Assembly (NCBI GenBank): GCA_965603825.1 | Contig: CBFDEM010000035.1 | Span: forward strand, 186,001-250,000 | DNA from: Blepharisma stoltei ATCC 30299 | Lineage: Eukaryota; Protista; Ciliophora | Direction: 5' to 3' | DNA: 64,000 nucleotides | Shown: positions 11,640-22,119 of the stretch, one piece after another | Position numbering within the stretch: the first letter of the stretch is position 1 | Layout of the letters: every line of letters begins with the position of its first letter | The notes under the pieces: generated by a model | What the model was told of the DNA's origin: nothing | The model's database searches: none | Seen by the model: only the letters and a program-made list of their open reading frames with translations | Program-made: the position numbers and the translations under genes

Positions 11640-12998
11640 ATGAACAAAAAAGCTGTCCATCTTGGCAAGTCAGTTTCAGAGAAAAAAATCCTCTCATATC
11701 AGACAGAAACACAAAGGTTAGAAACTGAAGTAGAAGAACTAACGAGAAAATTAGAACAAGAAAGAAGATTATCAATCCTGCTTAGCAAGGATTTAGAAGA
11801 AATTACTGCAATGCTTGGTGGGCTATCTTCAAAACATCATAAAAAAATAAAGGGTGAGTGGAAAAAGAAAAGCAATAATAAGGCAGAGATGCTTGAAAGT
11901 GAGCTGGAAAGAGAGTTTAAACGGTTAAGTGAACTCAAAAATTCGAATAAAAAATTACAAGATAGAATAGAGACATTGAGAAAAGATAAAGGGTCTTTGC
12001 TCAAATCCAATAATCAGCTGCAATTAGAGCTTCTTAGCGCAGGGAAGCTTAAAAAAAGTGAAAATGAAGTCTCTTCATTTAACTTTAATAGAAGTGAAAA
12101 CAATCAAAGTAGAATCACCAGAGCGCAAGAAACCTTAAGCTCAGCAAGGGTTGATTATTCTCAAAAAATCAGCTTGCTAAGCAGCAAAATCTTAGAAGGC
12201 CGGCAATCAGAAGCTAAATACCTTAAAGGAATCACAGTAAATTTTGCAGAGCCAACTGCTAATGCATCAGAAATCTATCAAATCGCAAAAAATCAAGCCA
12301 AGTATTGGAAAACCAATTGTATCGAGATTAATGAAAAATCTAACATGTACTCAGATTTTGTTACAGAATTGAACTCAGGAATGGAAACCATGAAAAATCA
12401 ATGTGAAATCCAAAATCACCAAGAAATTGTAGATCTATTTGTAGCGAGCTTTGACGAAAATGCGAGGCTTTCTCAGTATATGTATGAGCTAGGAGAAGAA
12501 ATTTCAGTGACAAAAAAAGATATTGAAAATAATAAAAATCAGATTAAGGGGTTTAATGAGGTGCAAAAATACTCTGAGGGCACAAAAGTTGAAAAAATTA
12601 GTAAAATAAATGAAGAATTGAGAAAAATTGTTGAGAATATTGCAGTTGCTAAAGATAGATATAAAAAATTGCAAAGCAATATGGAGAGTGTATTATATCC
12701 AATTTCTGAAATCCAAGAAATCCTTAAAGATCTTGGATTTAATTGTAAGAGCTTCGGAAAAGAAGTAGATATATCTGATATAAAAATAATTGAAGAGCAC
12801 ATTAATGGTTTACTCCTAGTTGCTAGTAAAAATAATGAAAACATCAAAAAAGAAGCTGGATCCAAATCTCCTTTAAAATTCCTAGAAATTGATTCAGAAA
12901 ATCTTACTGAGCCTGACGAAGGACACCATTTTTTTACAGTTGATGAATTTAGGAATAGAGCTTTAAAAACATTCGACCAAATCAAAACCGAAAGATAA
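11640..12998 (+). CDS. Coiled-coil protein, possibly related to outer dynein arm docking complex subunits
   Basis: 452-aa heptad-rich ORF; IVDLFVASFDENARLSQYMYEL resembles the ODA1/CCDC114 conserved segment (recalled, weak). Confidence 0.5.
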   Translation: MNKKAVHLGKSVSEKKILSYQTETQRLETEVEELTRKLEQERRLSILLSKDLEEITAMLGGLSSKHHKKIKGEWKKKSNNKAEMLESELEREFKRLSELKNSNKKLQDRIETLRKDKGSLLKSNNQLQLELLSAGKLKKSENEVSSFNFNRSENNQSRITRAQETLSSARVDYSQKISLLSSKILEGRQSEAKYLKGITVNFAEPTANASEIYQIAKNQAKYWKTNCIEINEKSNMYSDFVTELNSGMETMKNQCEIQNHQEIVDLFVASFDENARLSQYMYELGEEISVTKKDIENNKNQIKGFNEVQKYSEGTKVEKISKINEELRKIVENIAVAKDRYKKLQSNMESVLYPISEIQEILKDLGFNCKSFGKEVDISDIKIIEEHINGLLLVASKNNENIKKEAGSKSPLKFLEIDSENLTEPDEGHHFFTVDEFRNRALKTFDQIKTER

Positions 12999-13122
12999 TT
13001 GTAAATAAATACTACTAAAATTTATTTATAGCCTATCTTAATTAAAGATCTATAGATTATCTCATATTATTTCCAAAAAAAGAAATTTTAAATAAATACT
13101 TATTCTTTTTAATGCATTGTTA

Positions 13123-14274
13123 TTATTCTTGGGAATCAGAGTATCAATTTGGAGTCAGCCTACGAATGATTTCTGGTGTGGTTGACCCTAATTCTTCTTC
13201 TGTTCATCCAAATAAATCAGGAAGTCTATCGCCGTTAGGAAGTGTAGTATTTTGGTCCCTCAACTCATCAAAAAAAGGATGCAAAAGTGCTTCCAATGGC
13301 TTTGGTCTCGAACTTGGAGAATAAACCAGCAAACTTCCAATAAAATCAACTGCTTCTGGCGGAGTTCTTGATCTGAAAACCCTGTTTCATGGCTGTTTTC
13401 TAATCTGAGGAAACCTAAATTCTGTATAATTCGAATTCATATCCTCAATTTGCTCCTTTGTCGGAGTGCCAAGCACTTTTATTATCTGCACAAGCTGATC
13501 CACCCCACTTTCCCCTGGAAATATAGGCTGTCCCAACAGCAATTCCGCAATGACGCATCCAGCACTTCATACATCAATTGCTCCAGTATAATCCGTTGCC
13601 CCAAAAATAAGCTCTGGGGCCCTATAGTATCTCGAACAAATATATGACACATTTGGTTCTCCTTGTACCAGTTTTTTAGCTGACCCAAAATCACAAAGTT
13701 TGACTGTATGAGTATTAGTGTCGACTAATAAATTTTGAGGCTTGATATCTCTATGACAAACTCCTAAGCTATGGATGTAAGCAAGAGCTCGTAAAATTTG
13801 GTAACTATAAAGTTTTACTAATACAAGAGGAACAGGCTGCTTCATTTTATTGTAGTGTTTCACAACTCTGTAAAGAGTTTCTGGAATGTATTCCATTACG
13901 ATATTTAGATAGAGCTCATCTGATTTTTCGCCGGGAGAGTAGAAAGCATGACGACATGAGACCAAATTAGGGTGTTTCAGTTCTTTCATTATTTGGAGTT
14001 CTCTGTTTTTGTATCGGCGGTCTTGGAATACTTTTTTTATTGCGACAGTTTCACCAGTCTCTGCTATTGTTGCTTGATAGACCATCCCAAAACTTCCATT
14101 ACCGATAACTCTATCAGGATTGTAAGTAAAATTTGCCATCCTGTCTTTTCTTTCTTCAATACTTGAACGGCCTATTGATGAGCTCAATTCTTCAGTCCTC
14201 CGTTGTTGTGCTGAAATCACTGAAATGTTGTGAACGCTGCTTTTATTGGAGCTATTAATCTGTCTTGATGACAT
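13123..14274 (-). CDS. GSK3: GSK3/shaggy kinase, paralog B
   Basis: Same motifs as paralog A; continues through TGAs at 13567, 13387, 13204 and 13144 to TAA 13123-13125. Confidence 0.95.
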
Positions 14275-14374
14275 TATATTATATTCGAGAATTATATGAA
14301 ATAGTTTTAAGATTGAGATAATTGGAAATGAGTATAAATATAATTTAAAAATAGCTTAATAACCTTATGTAAGA

Positions 14375-15523
14375 TTAAGGCAGAGCCCACACATTAACTC
14401 TTGCATCTGAAGCTACTGTTAACAAGTAATTCTCATAAACCACCATTTTCCTAATTTCATTCGCATGCGCATTTTCAATGACATCAACAATCATAAAATC
14501 TTTGCTATAAATCATTATTTTGTTTTCATATCCAAAAACAATATAATTTTCACTAATTGTGCAGCAATTAGGAACCTCTTTATGGAAATTTGACTGTGAA
14601 ATAATAATAGGATGTTCTTTCAGCTGGTATCTCACATTGATATTCCAATACTTCACTTTTCCATCAAGACAGCAAGTTAAAGCTTCATTCGAATCTCTAA
14701 AGCCCACACAAGCCAGCCCTTGTGATCCCCCAGATAAATCCATAGCAGGGCTAAGCTTGCTAAATGCTCCTGTTTTCTTATCAGACACAATTTCTATCAC
14801 TTTAGCACTTCCAATCCAAGTTGCAATAGAAAAGAATTTAAAGTCCCCAGATATCGCCATACGCTTGTTTTTAAGCTGCTTCATATCATATGTGGCTAGT
14901 ATATCTCCAGAATGAGACCAGACGTTGACTGTAGTGTCCATATCGTCACCTGAAGAAATAATGCAATTAGGAGTGCAGGCTAAATCTGATATTGCGTAAG
15001 TGTGCTGCTGAGAAAATGTGTTGATTTCTACAAGAAGTTTTTTGTCTTTTTCTTGTTTTAATACGAAATAGTGGATTTTGTGATCAAAAGAGCCAGCAGC
15101 GACCAGGGTGTCACCTTTGACACTTATGGCGACGGCACTTGGCTCTTCTCTTTCGAGCTTGCCTTGGATGAATTTGAAATTTTGGTCTTCAAAATTATTG
15201 ATTTTGAAGATCTTTACTTGGCCATCCCTGCAGCAAACACCGATATAGCCAGGCTTGATGTCGAAGTCTTTGATAGGCTCGTGAAAACCTTTGAATGCGT
15301 TTTTGTAGAGCCTGTGCTCTGTATTGCATTTGACTTTTGGTGTGGCTTTTTTAGTGGGCTTCATCTTACTTTTTGATTTCGATGCTTTTGGCTCTTTGGT
15401 TTCTTCTTCGGCCTCTTGGGCTGAATCTTTCCTGCTTTCAACTTTTGGCTTTTGCTTTAATATAAAGAAATAAGCTAAAACACCTAAAAGCGCCAGAACA
15501 AATCCGAGTAATAAAAATTCCAT
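14375..15523 (-). CDS. TBL2: Transducin beta-like 2-type WD40 protein with N-terminal TM anchor
   Basis: Hydrophobic N-terminal helix, Lys-rich linker, WD repeats, KYWNINVRYQLKEHP motif. Confidence 0.7.
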   Translation of the reverse strand: MEFLLLGFVLALLGVLAYFFILKQKPKVESRKDSAQEAEEETKEPKASKSKSKMKPTKKATPKVKCNTEHRLYKNAFKGFHEPIKDFDIKPGYIGVCCRDGQVKIFKINNFEDQNFKFIQGKLEREEPSAVAISVKGDTLVAAGSFDHKIHYFVLKQEKDKKLLVEINTFSQQHTYAISDLACTPNCIISSGDDMDTTVNVWSHSGDILATYDMKQLKNKRMAISGDFKFFSIATWIGSAKVIEIVSDKKTGAFSKLSPAMDLSGGSQGLACVGFRDSNEALTCCLDGKVKYWNINVRYQLKEHPIIISQSNFHKEVPNCCTISENYIVFGYENKIMIYSKDFMIVDVIENAHANEIRKMVVYENYLLTVASDARVNVWALP

Positions 15524-15548
15524 ATTAGAATTTTTTATTAAGAAAACA

Positions 15549-16685
15549 TTAGATTTTAGCTTTAGCTTGACTCACTTTTTGGAGGATGTTTTTCATATGT
15601 TCCTCCATCTTCAGATTGCCATTAGCAGCTCCAAAATTGCATTTTGCGACATCTATAAGCTCTTTATCTCCAATTTCTTCAGCAATCTTCATTGCTCGAT
15701 AATAGTTCTTTGTGCTGGAATCATAATCTCCAATACTGAAACTGATATTTCCAAGCTGTTGATAAGCCCCACTTTCCCCTTTCCTATTTTTAAGCTCATG
15801 GCTTAAGGCTAAATATCGTTCTGCAAACATTTTAAGTTTTTCATTATCCCCAACAATTTTATTATTCCCAATTTGTCCTAGATTTCCAATTGCTACACTT
15901 TGTCCAGCTACACTGGACATCTGGATAGCATATCTCAGGGCAAATTGATGGTTTATTGCTGCTCTTTCATTATCTCCTAGCTTGTTATAAATTAACCCAA
16001 GATTTATATGTGCTAAAAACTTGCCAGGGACATCAGCAATTTCTTTGTGTTTCATATGGTAATTAATTGCTTCTTGCCAGAGCTCATTATTGTTAGGTTC
16101 AGCTTCAGCCATTTTTGTGTAGTCTACTCCTATACAGTTATTGGCTAATGCTTCTCCATGTACATCTCCAATTGACTGACACACATTTAAAAATTGTGTA
16201 TATGCAGATATAGCTTTTTTCAATTGTCCTAAATTATCATATAAAACTCCAATACTATAATACGCCCTTCCTTCATCTCTCGTTTTCCCAGCCCTTTTAC
16301 ATGCAAAAGCTAGCATATTATAATCTTTCAGTCTTTTCATAACTGTCGTTTTCTTTTCTAAATCAAGGTTATTTTGAAAACTTTGGTTCGGATTTTTAAA
16401 CGAATTATTCACATTAGCAGGCTTAGGAGGAGATTTTGGTCTTGAAAAAGAAAATCGTCGTGGGGTGTTAAAATAAACAGGAAGTTCAATTCTTTGAGGT
16501 TTTGTTATTTCATGAGGAAATAACTCTGCTTTGTTTCGTGATGAAAAATGGCCTTCCATGTTATCTTCAGCTAGAGTTCGTGAAGGAAATTTAGGATTAT
16601 AGCTGCGGGATTTTAATGGAAGGGATCGTGCTCGGTCTGTAGGCTGCATTGATGATCTCCAGCTTTGAACTTGTAGAGCTGTCAT
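15549..16685 (-). CDS. Tetratricopeptide repeat protein
   Basis: Repeated EGRAYYSIG / EALANNCIG / ESGAYQQLG TPR helices. Confidence 0.8.
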   Translation of the reverse strand: MTALQVQSWRSSMQPTDRARSLPLKSRSYNPKFPSRTLAEDNMEGHFSSRNKAELFPHEITKPQRIELPVYFNTPRRFSFSRPKSPPKPANVNNSFKNPNQSFQNNLDLEKKTTVMKRLKDYNMLAFACKRAGKTRDEGRAYYSIGVLYDNLGQLKKAISAYTQFLNVCQSIGDVHGEALANNCIGVDYTKMAEAEPNNNELWQEAINYHMKHKEIADVPGKFLAHINLGLIYNKLGDNERAAINHQFALRYAIQMSSVAGQSVAIGNLGQIGNNKIVGDNEKLKMFAERYLALSHELKNRKGESGAYQQLGNISFSIGDYDSSTKNYYRAMKIAEEIGDKELIDVAKCNFGAANGNLKMEEHMKNILQKVSQAKAKI

Positions 16686-16742
16686 TTATATTAATGAATA
16701 TTTAGAATAAACAATTACTGTATAAAAATTTCTAATAAGCAG

Positions 16743-19565
16743 CTAGGCTCTTACTAGTCTTTCTTGGGAGGATTTTCGCTTTTCTATGCCAGGCTTATGA
16801 TCTATAGGTTGGAGAACAGGTTTCCCTTGAGCAGAAATTTTGGCTCTGACAGCTGGAGATTTTGAAATTTCTTGGCCGAGCACTGCACTTTTGCCTTCTC
16901 CTGTAAGGGATTTTAAGTTAATTGGCTCAAGAGGAGGATTTTTAACAGGTTTTTGAGATTGGGATTCTCTGCTGCGGCCACCACTTGTGATAGGTCTTCC
17001 ATCAGCTTCATAAATTGCATTGAAATTATCATATTTTGGATTCGCGTAGCCATTTTCATTGTACTCTTCATAGTCTTGCTTGTTTTGCCTTCCATCGTTT
17101 TCTTTTCAATCAGAAAATCTTACATTTCTCAAGTCTTCAATTGGTTCTTCCTCATATTCAGCATTATTTGAAGTTTGCTGCTGACTTTTATCTTGGGACT
17201 GATAAATAACAGCCCTAGTTTTCAGTTCATTTTGAACTATTTCTCTCAGCTGCTGCTTCGGTAGTTTAGGAAAAGTGATCTGTTTTTGCTGAATTACAAA
17301 TGCTGGAATTTTTCATTCATGATTATCTTCATCCCATCTTGATCTCTGCCTAATCTTCTGTAGCTCATTAGGCGGAAGCATAAACTCAAATACCTTATGC
17401 AAGAATTCAGTTTCCCTATCTTTCGACCTAATGGTTTCCAATAATCCTTCTTTTTCTTGTTCATTTTCATGATTAAGATCATCAATTTCTGCTAATGATG
17501 ATTTATATTTGAGTCTTAATTTCATTATGACTTTCCTTAAATCATCAACTTCTTCTTGCAAATTCTGGTACTGTTTTTCTTTCATCAGCATTTCTTCTTC
17601 TTTTTTCCGATTTTCTTCAGCTAAAGCTTTTTCTCTTTGTCTTTGTTTTTTTAATTTGTTTCTGAACTCGCGTTGGGCGTTTAGCCTTTCTTTTTCGGCT
17701 TTGTTAAGCTCTTCGCCGCCTGCTATTAATTTTTTCTGGATTTCTTCAATCATCTGCTCCATTTCTTCACGTTGGCCTTTTTCTTCTTGTAGGAATTTTT
17801 CTTTTTGTTCGAGTTCTAGCTGGAGTGCTTGGGTTTCTTCTTTAAAAGAAGGCTGCTTTTTCAGCCGAGATGATTTAGGCTCAGCTGAGCTTTTCCTCAA
17901 ATCTTTGTCCTTTAGAGAAACTTTTTCGTCTTTTGATACAGCTAAGTCTGCTGTACTGGATTTAGCTTTAGATTTCTTTTTGCTTGGACTTCGGGATCTT
18001 CCATTCCCTGTTGAATCTTCTTCTTTCATTTGGATTTCTCTATGATTTTGCTTAGATTTTGGTTTTTCCGCTGTTCCTTCTTGTTCTTCATCTTCTTCTC
18101 AGATTTCTGAAGTATCCTGCTTAACTTTAGATGATCTTTCAGTACCATTCAGATCTTCCTCTCTACTCCTTGCATCTTTAGGCCTCTTTTTTGTTTTTGA
18201 TGATTTTTTCCTAGCTGCTTGGGTTTCATTTTCAATTGTATTTTCTGCCGAATCTGTCGAAGATAGGCTTTTATTGTTTATTTTACCATTTAGCATAGAA
18301 GTTTCAAAGTCATCAGGATACTCTTCTTCACTATCTGACTCTAAAACTCCTACTTTTGGCGCTTTTTTCTTTTTCTTTTTCTGCTTTCGTTTTGCTTCAA
18401 CTTCCACAATTTTTTCTCTTTCCACAATTTTCTCTTTCTCTACAATTTTTTCTATATAAATAGGCTCCCCACTTTTTCTTTCTTCGAGCATTCGTTTTAG
18501 CCTTTCTATTTCTTCAGCGTATTGTCTAAGAAGAGCATCTTTGGGATCTTCATTGACTTTTGGCTTATTTTGGATAAATTTGGCTCGAGAAGCATACCGT
18601 AAAGTGCTTAAACTTTCATCATAATTATAATCTGCAGGGGAGCATACAGCAATCATAACAGTTTTAGTGTTTCCTCCTAGAGAATCTTGTAGAAGTCTTG
18701 TTAATTTTGAATCTCTGTATGGAATGTGCTTAGCGTTGCCATCAACTAAGGCGCTGATTACATTTCCTAATGCGCTTAAAGATAGATTAATCTCAATAGC
18801 TTCTTTCAGTGCCTCTCCAGCAGTTCCAGTTTTTTTTTGCCTTTCAGAGCCTGCTAAATCAACTAAATTTAATTTCCCAGCCTTGATAATTTGTCTTCCT
18901 TCAATTTCTTCACTGGTTTCAATATAAATAGTAAAAATTGCATGAGATCTTGAAGACCTTTCATTCATTGCAGTTTCTTTAGTAATTCTATGTGTATTTC
19001 CCATAGCCATTGCCTGCTCAATGTCATCTATATTCTTTACAATATGCATTGATAAGTTTTTTACGTAAATCCCATTGTCTTTATTTTCCTTTAATTCAAG
19101 TTTCACATTTGGATCAAAATGCAATAAGTCTCTGATTTCTTCGTTATATATTTCACAGTAGCTACAACGAACTAAAAAACATTTTTCATGAGGAGCTTCT
19201 GCGATAGCACCGAAAACGTGGCAAAATGAATTTGGAATAATTCCTCTAAGTTCAGGCTGATCATGAACTCCAACCATTGTATATGTTTTCCCACATCCTG
19301 TTTGCCCATACGCAAATATAGTTCCATTATAGCCTTGAAGGACGCTTTCAACTAAAGGATAAGCTGTTTCATCATATAACAGCTGCTGAGCACTTTGCTC
19401 GTCATAAACTGAGTCATACGCGAATGTTTTTGGTAGTTGAGTTTTTGGGTTTGTAATTATACATTGATTGAACTCACGGTCAATTTGAAGTATACTATAA
19501 TTTCCTCGATTTTTTTCTGCTTGATTTAAGGGTCGGACCCTTACAACAACTTTTACAGCTTCCAT
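16743..19565 (-). CDS. Kinesin-2 family motor (KIF17/OSM-3-like), about 940 aa
   Basis: [19 protein letters not shown]; one frame through TGAs 18099, 17313 and 17106; tail motif WDEDNHE-W-KIP typical of kinesin-2; ends TAG. Confidence 0.9.
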
Positions 19566-19668
19566 TTTCTATTTAGATTTTAAATTCAAAGCTAATCGAG
19601 AACATAAGAAACTTCTATATTCGCAAAAATTAATTATAGCAGTATTATTAATTGGAACTTGTGCTGAA

Positions 19669-21825
19669 TTATGATAATCCACCCTTTATTGGCTTTACAA
19701 AGTTTCCACTTGAAGGCACCGATTTTTGGGTCGAAAATTTATCATGAAGCTGCTTGCAGAGGTCTTTTATTATATTTTCATACTCGTCAATCTTCTCATT
19801 TTGTACTGCAAGTTTAAGTTCTAAATCTAAGTATTTTTCAGAGAACCTTTCAATGTCATTTTGGTGGATTTTATTAGTGATTCTGAAATCGTTATTCTCG
19901 TTTTGAGTTTGCTTAAGGAGAGTAGAAACAAATTCCAAGTTTTTTTCGAGAGTTTCTATTTTGGATTTTGCGTCAATATCAAAGTTCATAGAGTTTTCTA
20001 AAGTTTGATAACGGTCTCGGATTTCATCTAAGGCAACTTCAAGCTGAATCACTTTTTCACAACGATTTTGTAAGTGTTTTATTAATGAATTCTTTTCTTC
20101 GTTGCATTTTTTGTGACTCACTTTTTTGCTGTCGGTTTCACTTTTGGTTGATTTTCCTTCAGGGGAGCTATTTCGCTGTATTTCAATCTCTTTTTGCATT
20201 TGTTCAATTAAAAGGAGCAATTCCCCATTTTTAGAATGCTCATTTTGAAGCTCTCTTGTCAATTCAGAAATTTTTTGGTTTTTTAAATGTGACTCTACCT
20301 GCTCGATTTCAACATTTTTAGATATTATTTGCTTTTCAAGCTCAAGGACTTTAGTTTCTAAGTCTGAGCAATTATTTTTAAGCATATCTCTATATAAAAT
20401 AAGTTTTTCATTATCCTCAATAACCATCTTCAAGTCTTTTTGAATTTGCTTATAATTTTCATTGATTTCTTTAAAATTTCCACTCATTTCTTCATATTCA
20501 TATTTTAAATTTTCATAGTCTATAGTCTTTTCAGTTAGCTGCTGTTTATATTTCTTTGCTTTTTCACACTCTTCTGAATATTTTGATCTTAAATCTTCAA
20601 GTTCTTGGATAACTTCATCGTATTCTGACAATTTTGAGACTTCATTTTCATTTAATTCTTCTTCTTCTTCCGCATCTTCATCTATTTGAATAGGAATCTG
20701 ACCGCTACCTAATGCATTTTGTAGAGCCTTAATCATTTTATCCTTTTTTGCTAATTCATCTTTAGCTTTCGCAAGCATAAGTTTAAGCTCTGCCACTGTA
20801 TATTCTCTGTTAATTTTTGGCTTATTTTTAATTGCTTTTGCCCTTATCCCAAATCTTAGGGTACTTATAGTTTCTGCTTCGTTATATGGAGAAGGAGAGC
20901 ATGTAATAATTAAAGCTGTTTTTGAGTTTCCTCCTAATGAATCTTGAAGTACTCTTGTGAGCTTTGAATCTCTGTATGGCACATGGGTAGATTTCCCATC
21001 AGTCAATGCATTTATAACTTGTCCTAGCATAGTCAAAGATTTATTTATAGTTTTTGCTTCTTCCAATCTTTTACCTACAGCTCCAGTCTTTCCCACTTTT
21101 TCTGAGCCAGCTAGATCTACTAAATAAAGTTTCCCCACTTTAGCTGAATAATCACTGGAATTTGTCTGAGTGATCGTCACTATAAAAATCGAATGTGACC
21201 TAGATGACCCTGCATTCATATTGGTATAGGCAACTTCTCTATTTTCAGTCCCAACTTTCATTAGATGATAGACTTCTTCACTAGAAGAAGCATATTTCTC
21301 AGTAAGCCCTTCAATATAAACCCCTCTTGTCCTATCTTCATGCACCTTCAAATTAACTTTATTTACATTTAACAGGTCCTTAATTTTTTCCATATAAATT
21401 TCGCAATATCCGACCTTCAGAGTAAATTCTAAGTTACTGCTTGAGTTTTGGATTTTAGAAAAGACGTCTCCTATCATGCGAGGAATAATTCCCATCATGT
21501 TAGGATCAAATAAATCGGGACCTGTCATAGTGAATGTTTTTCCTGAAGATGTTTGTCCATAAGCAAATACAGTACCGTTAAATCCTTGCATGACTGCGTC
21601 AACAATAGGGCTTGCAGAAGCATCGTAAACTTGCTGCTGGAGAGAAAATGGGGTAAAAACGTAGTCGTAGGTGAATCTTAGTGTAGGGTCTGATTTCACT
21701 ATAACTGTTTTGTTGTCTTCTAAGAAATTTATGCTGACTCCTTCATTCATTTGCTTTTCTTTGTCATTTAAAGGGCGGAATCTACAAATTACTTTGACAC
21801 TCCCTGGAGCTTCTTCCTCTTCCAT
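19669..21825 (-). CDS. Kinesin-1 heavy chain-like motor
   Basis: [39 protein letters not shown], coiled-coil stalk. Confidence 0.9.
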   Translation of the reverse strand: MEEEEAPGSVKVICRFRPLNDKEKQMNEGVSINFLEDNKTVIVKSDPTLRFTYDYVFTPFSLQQQVYDASASPIVDAVMQGFNGTVFAYGQTSSGKTFTMTGPDLFDPNMMGIIPRMIGDVFSKIQNSSSNLEFTLKVGYCEIYMEKIKDLLNVNKVNLKVHEDRTRGVYIEGLTEKYASSSEEVYHLMKVGTENREVAYTNMNAGSSRSHSIFIVTITQTNSSDYSAKVGKLYLVDLAGSEKVGKTGAVGKRLEEAKTINKSLTMLGQVINALTDGKSTHVPYRDSKLTRVLQDSLGGNSKTALIITCSPSPYNEAETISTLRFGIRAKAIKNKPKINREYTVAELKLMLAKAKDELAKKDKMIKALQNALGSGQIPIQIDEDAEEEEELNENEVSKLSEYDEVIQELEDLRSKYSEECEKAKKYKQQLTEKTIDYENLKYEYEEMSGNFKEINENYKQIQKDLKMVIEDNEKLILYRDMLKNNCSDLETKVLELEKQIISKNVEIEQVESHLKNQKISELTRELQNEHSKNGELLLLIEQMQKEIEIQRNSSPEGKSTKSETDSKKVSHKKCNEEKNSLIKHLQNRCEKVIQLEVALDEIRDRYQTLENSMNFDIDAKSKIETLEKNLEFVSTLLKQTQNENNDFRITNKIHQNDIERFSEKYLDLELKLAVQNEKIDEYENIIKDLCKQLHDKFSTQKSVPSSGNFVKPIKGGLS

Positions 21826-22119
21826 TTTAAGATTAATGATATATTAATATATTAGATCATAATCAGCATGAAGTCTAACTTGCATTTTTGTCATCACTAT
21901 AAAATTTAATTTATTAAAATATACGCGCACAAGCGAAATTATTAATTATAATTTTCAGATATTCCTTTTTTATCATCATAATAGTGGCAACTCATCTCTA
22001 CAATTAAAGATGGATTTTAGTAATAGATAAATAAAAGGGTTAATGTAAAATTCTACCATACTTACAAAAAATGATCTAATTACGTCCAAATTAACTTTTA
22101 AAAAATAACACAATTTATA

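Noticed and set aside
17509-18045. Antisense and alternative-frame ORFs in the track (e.g. 17509-18045, 12539-12985, 26863-27219, 49046-49484)
   Set aside because: They are shadows of real genes (Ser/Phe/Leu-rich complements of Glu/Lys-rich CDS), often with TTG/GTG starts and no motifs.
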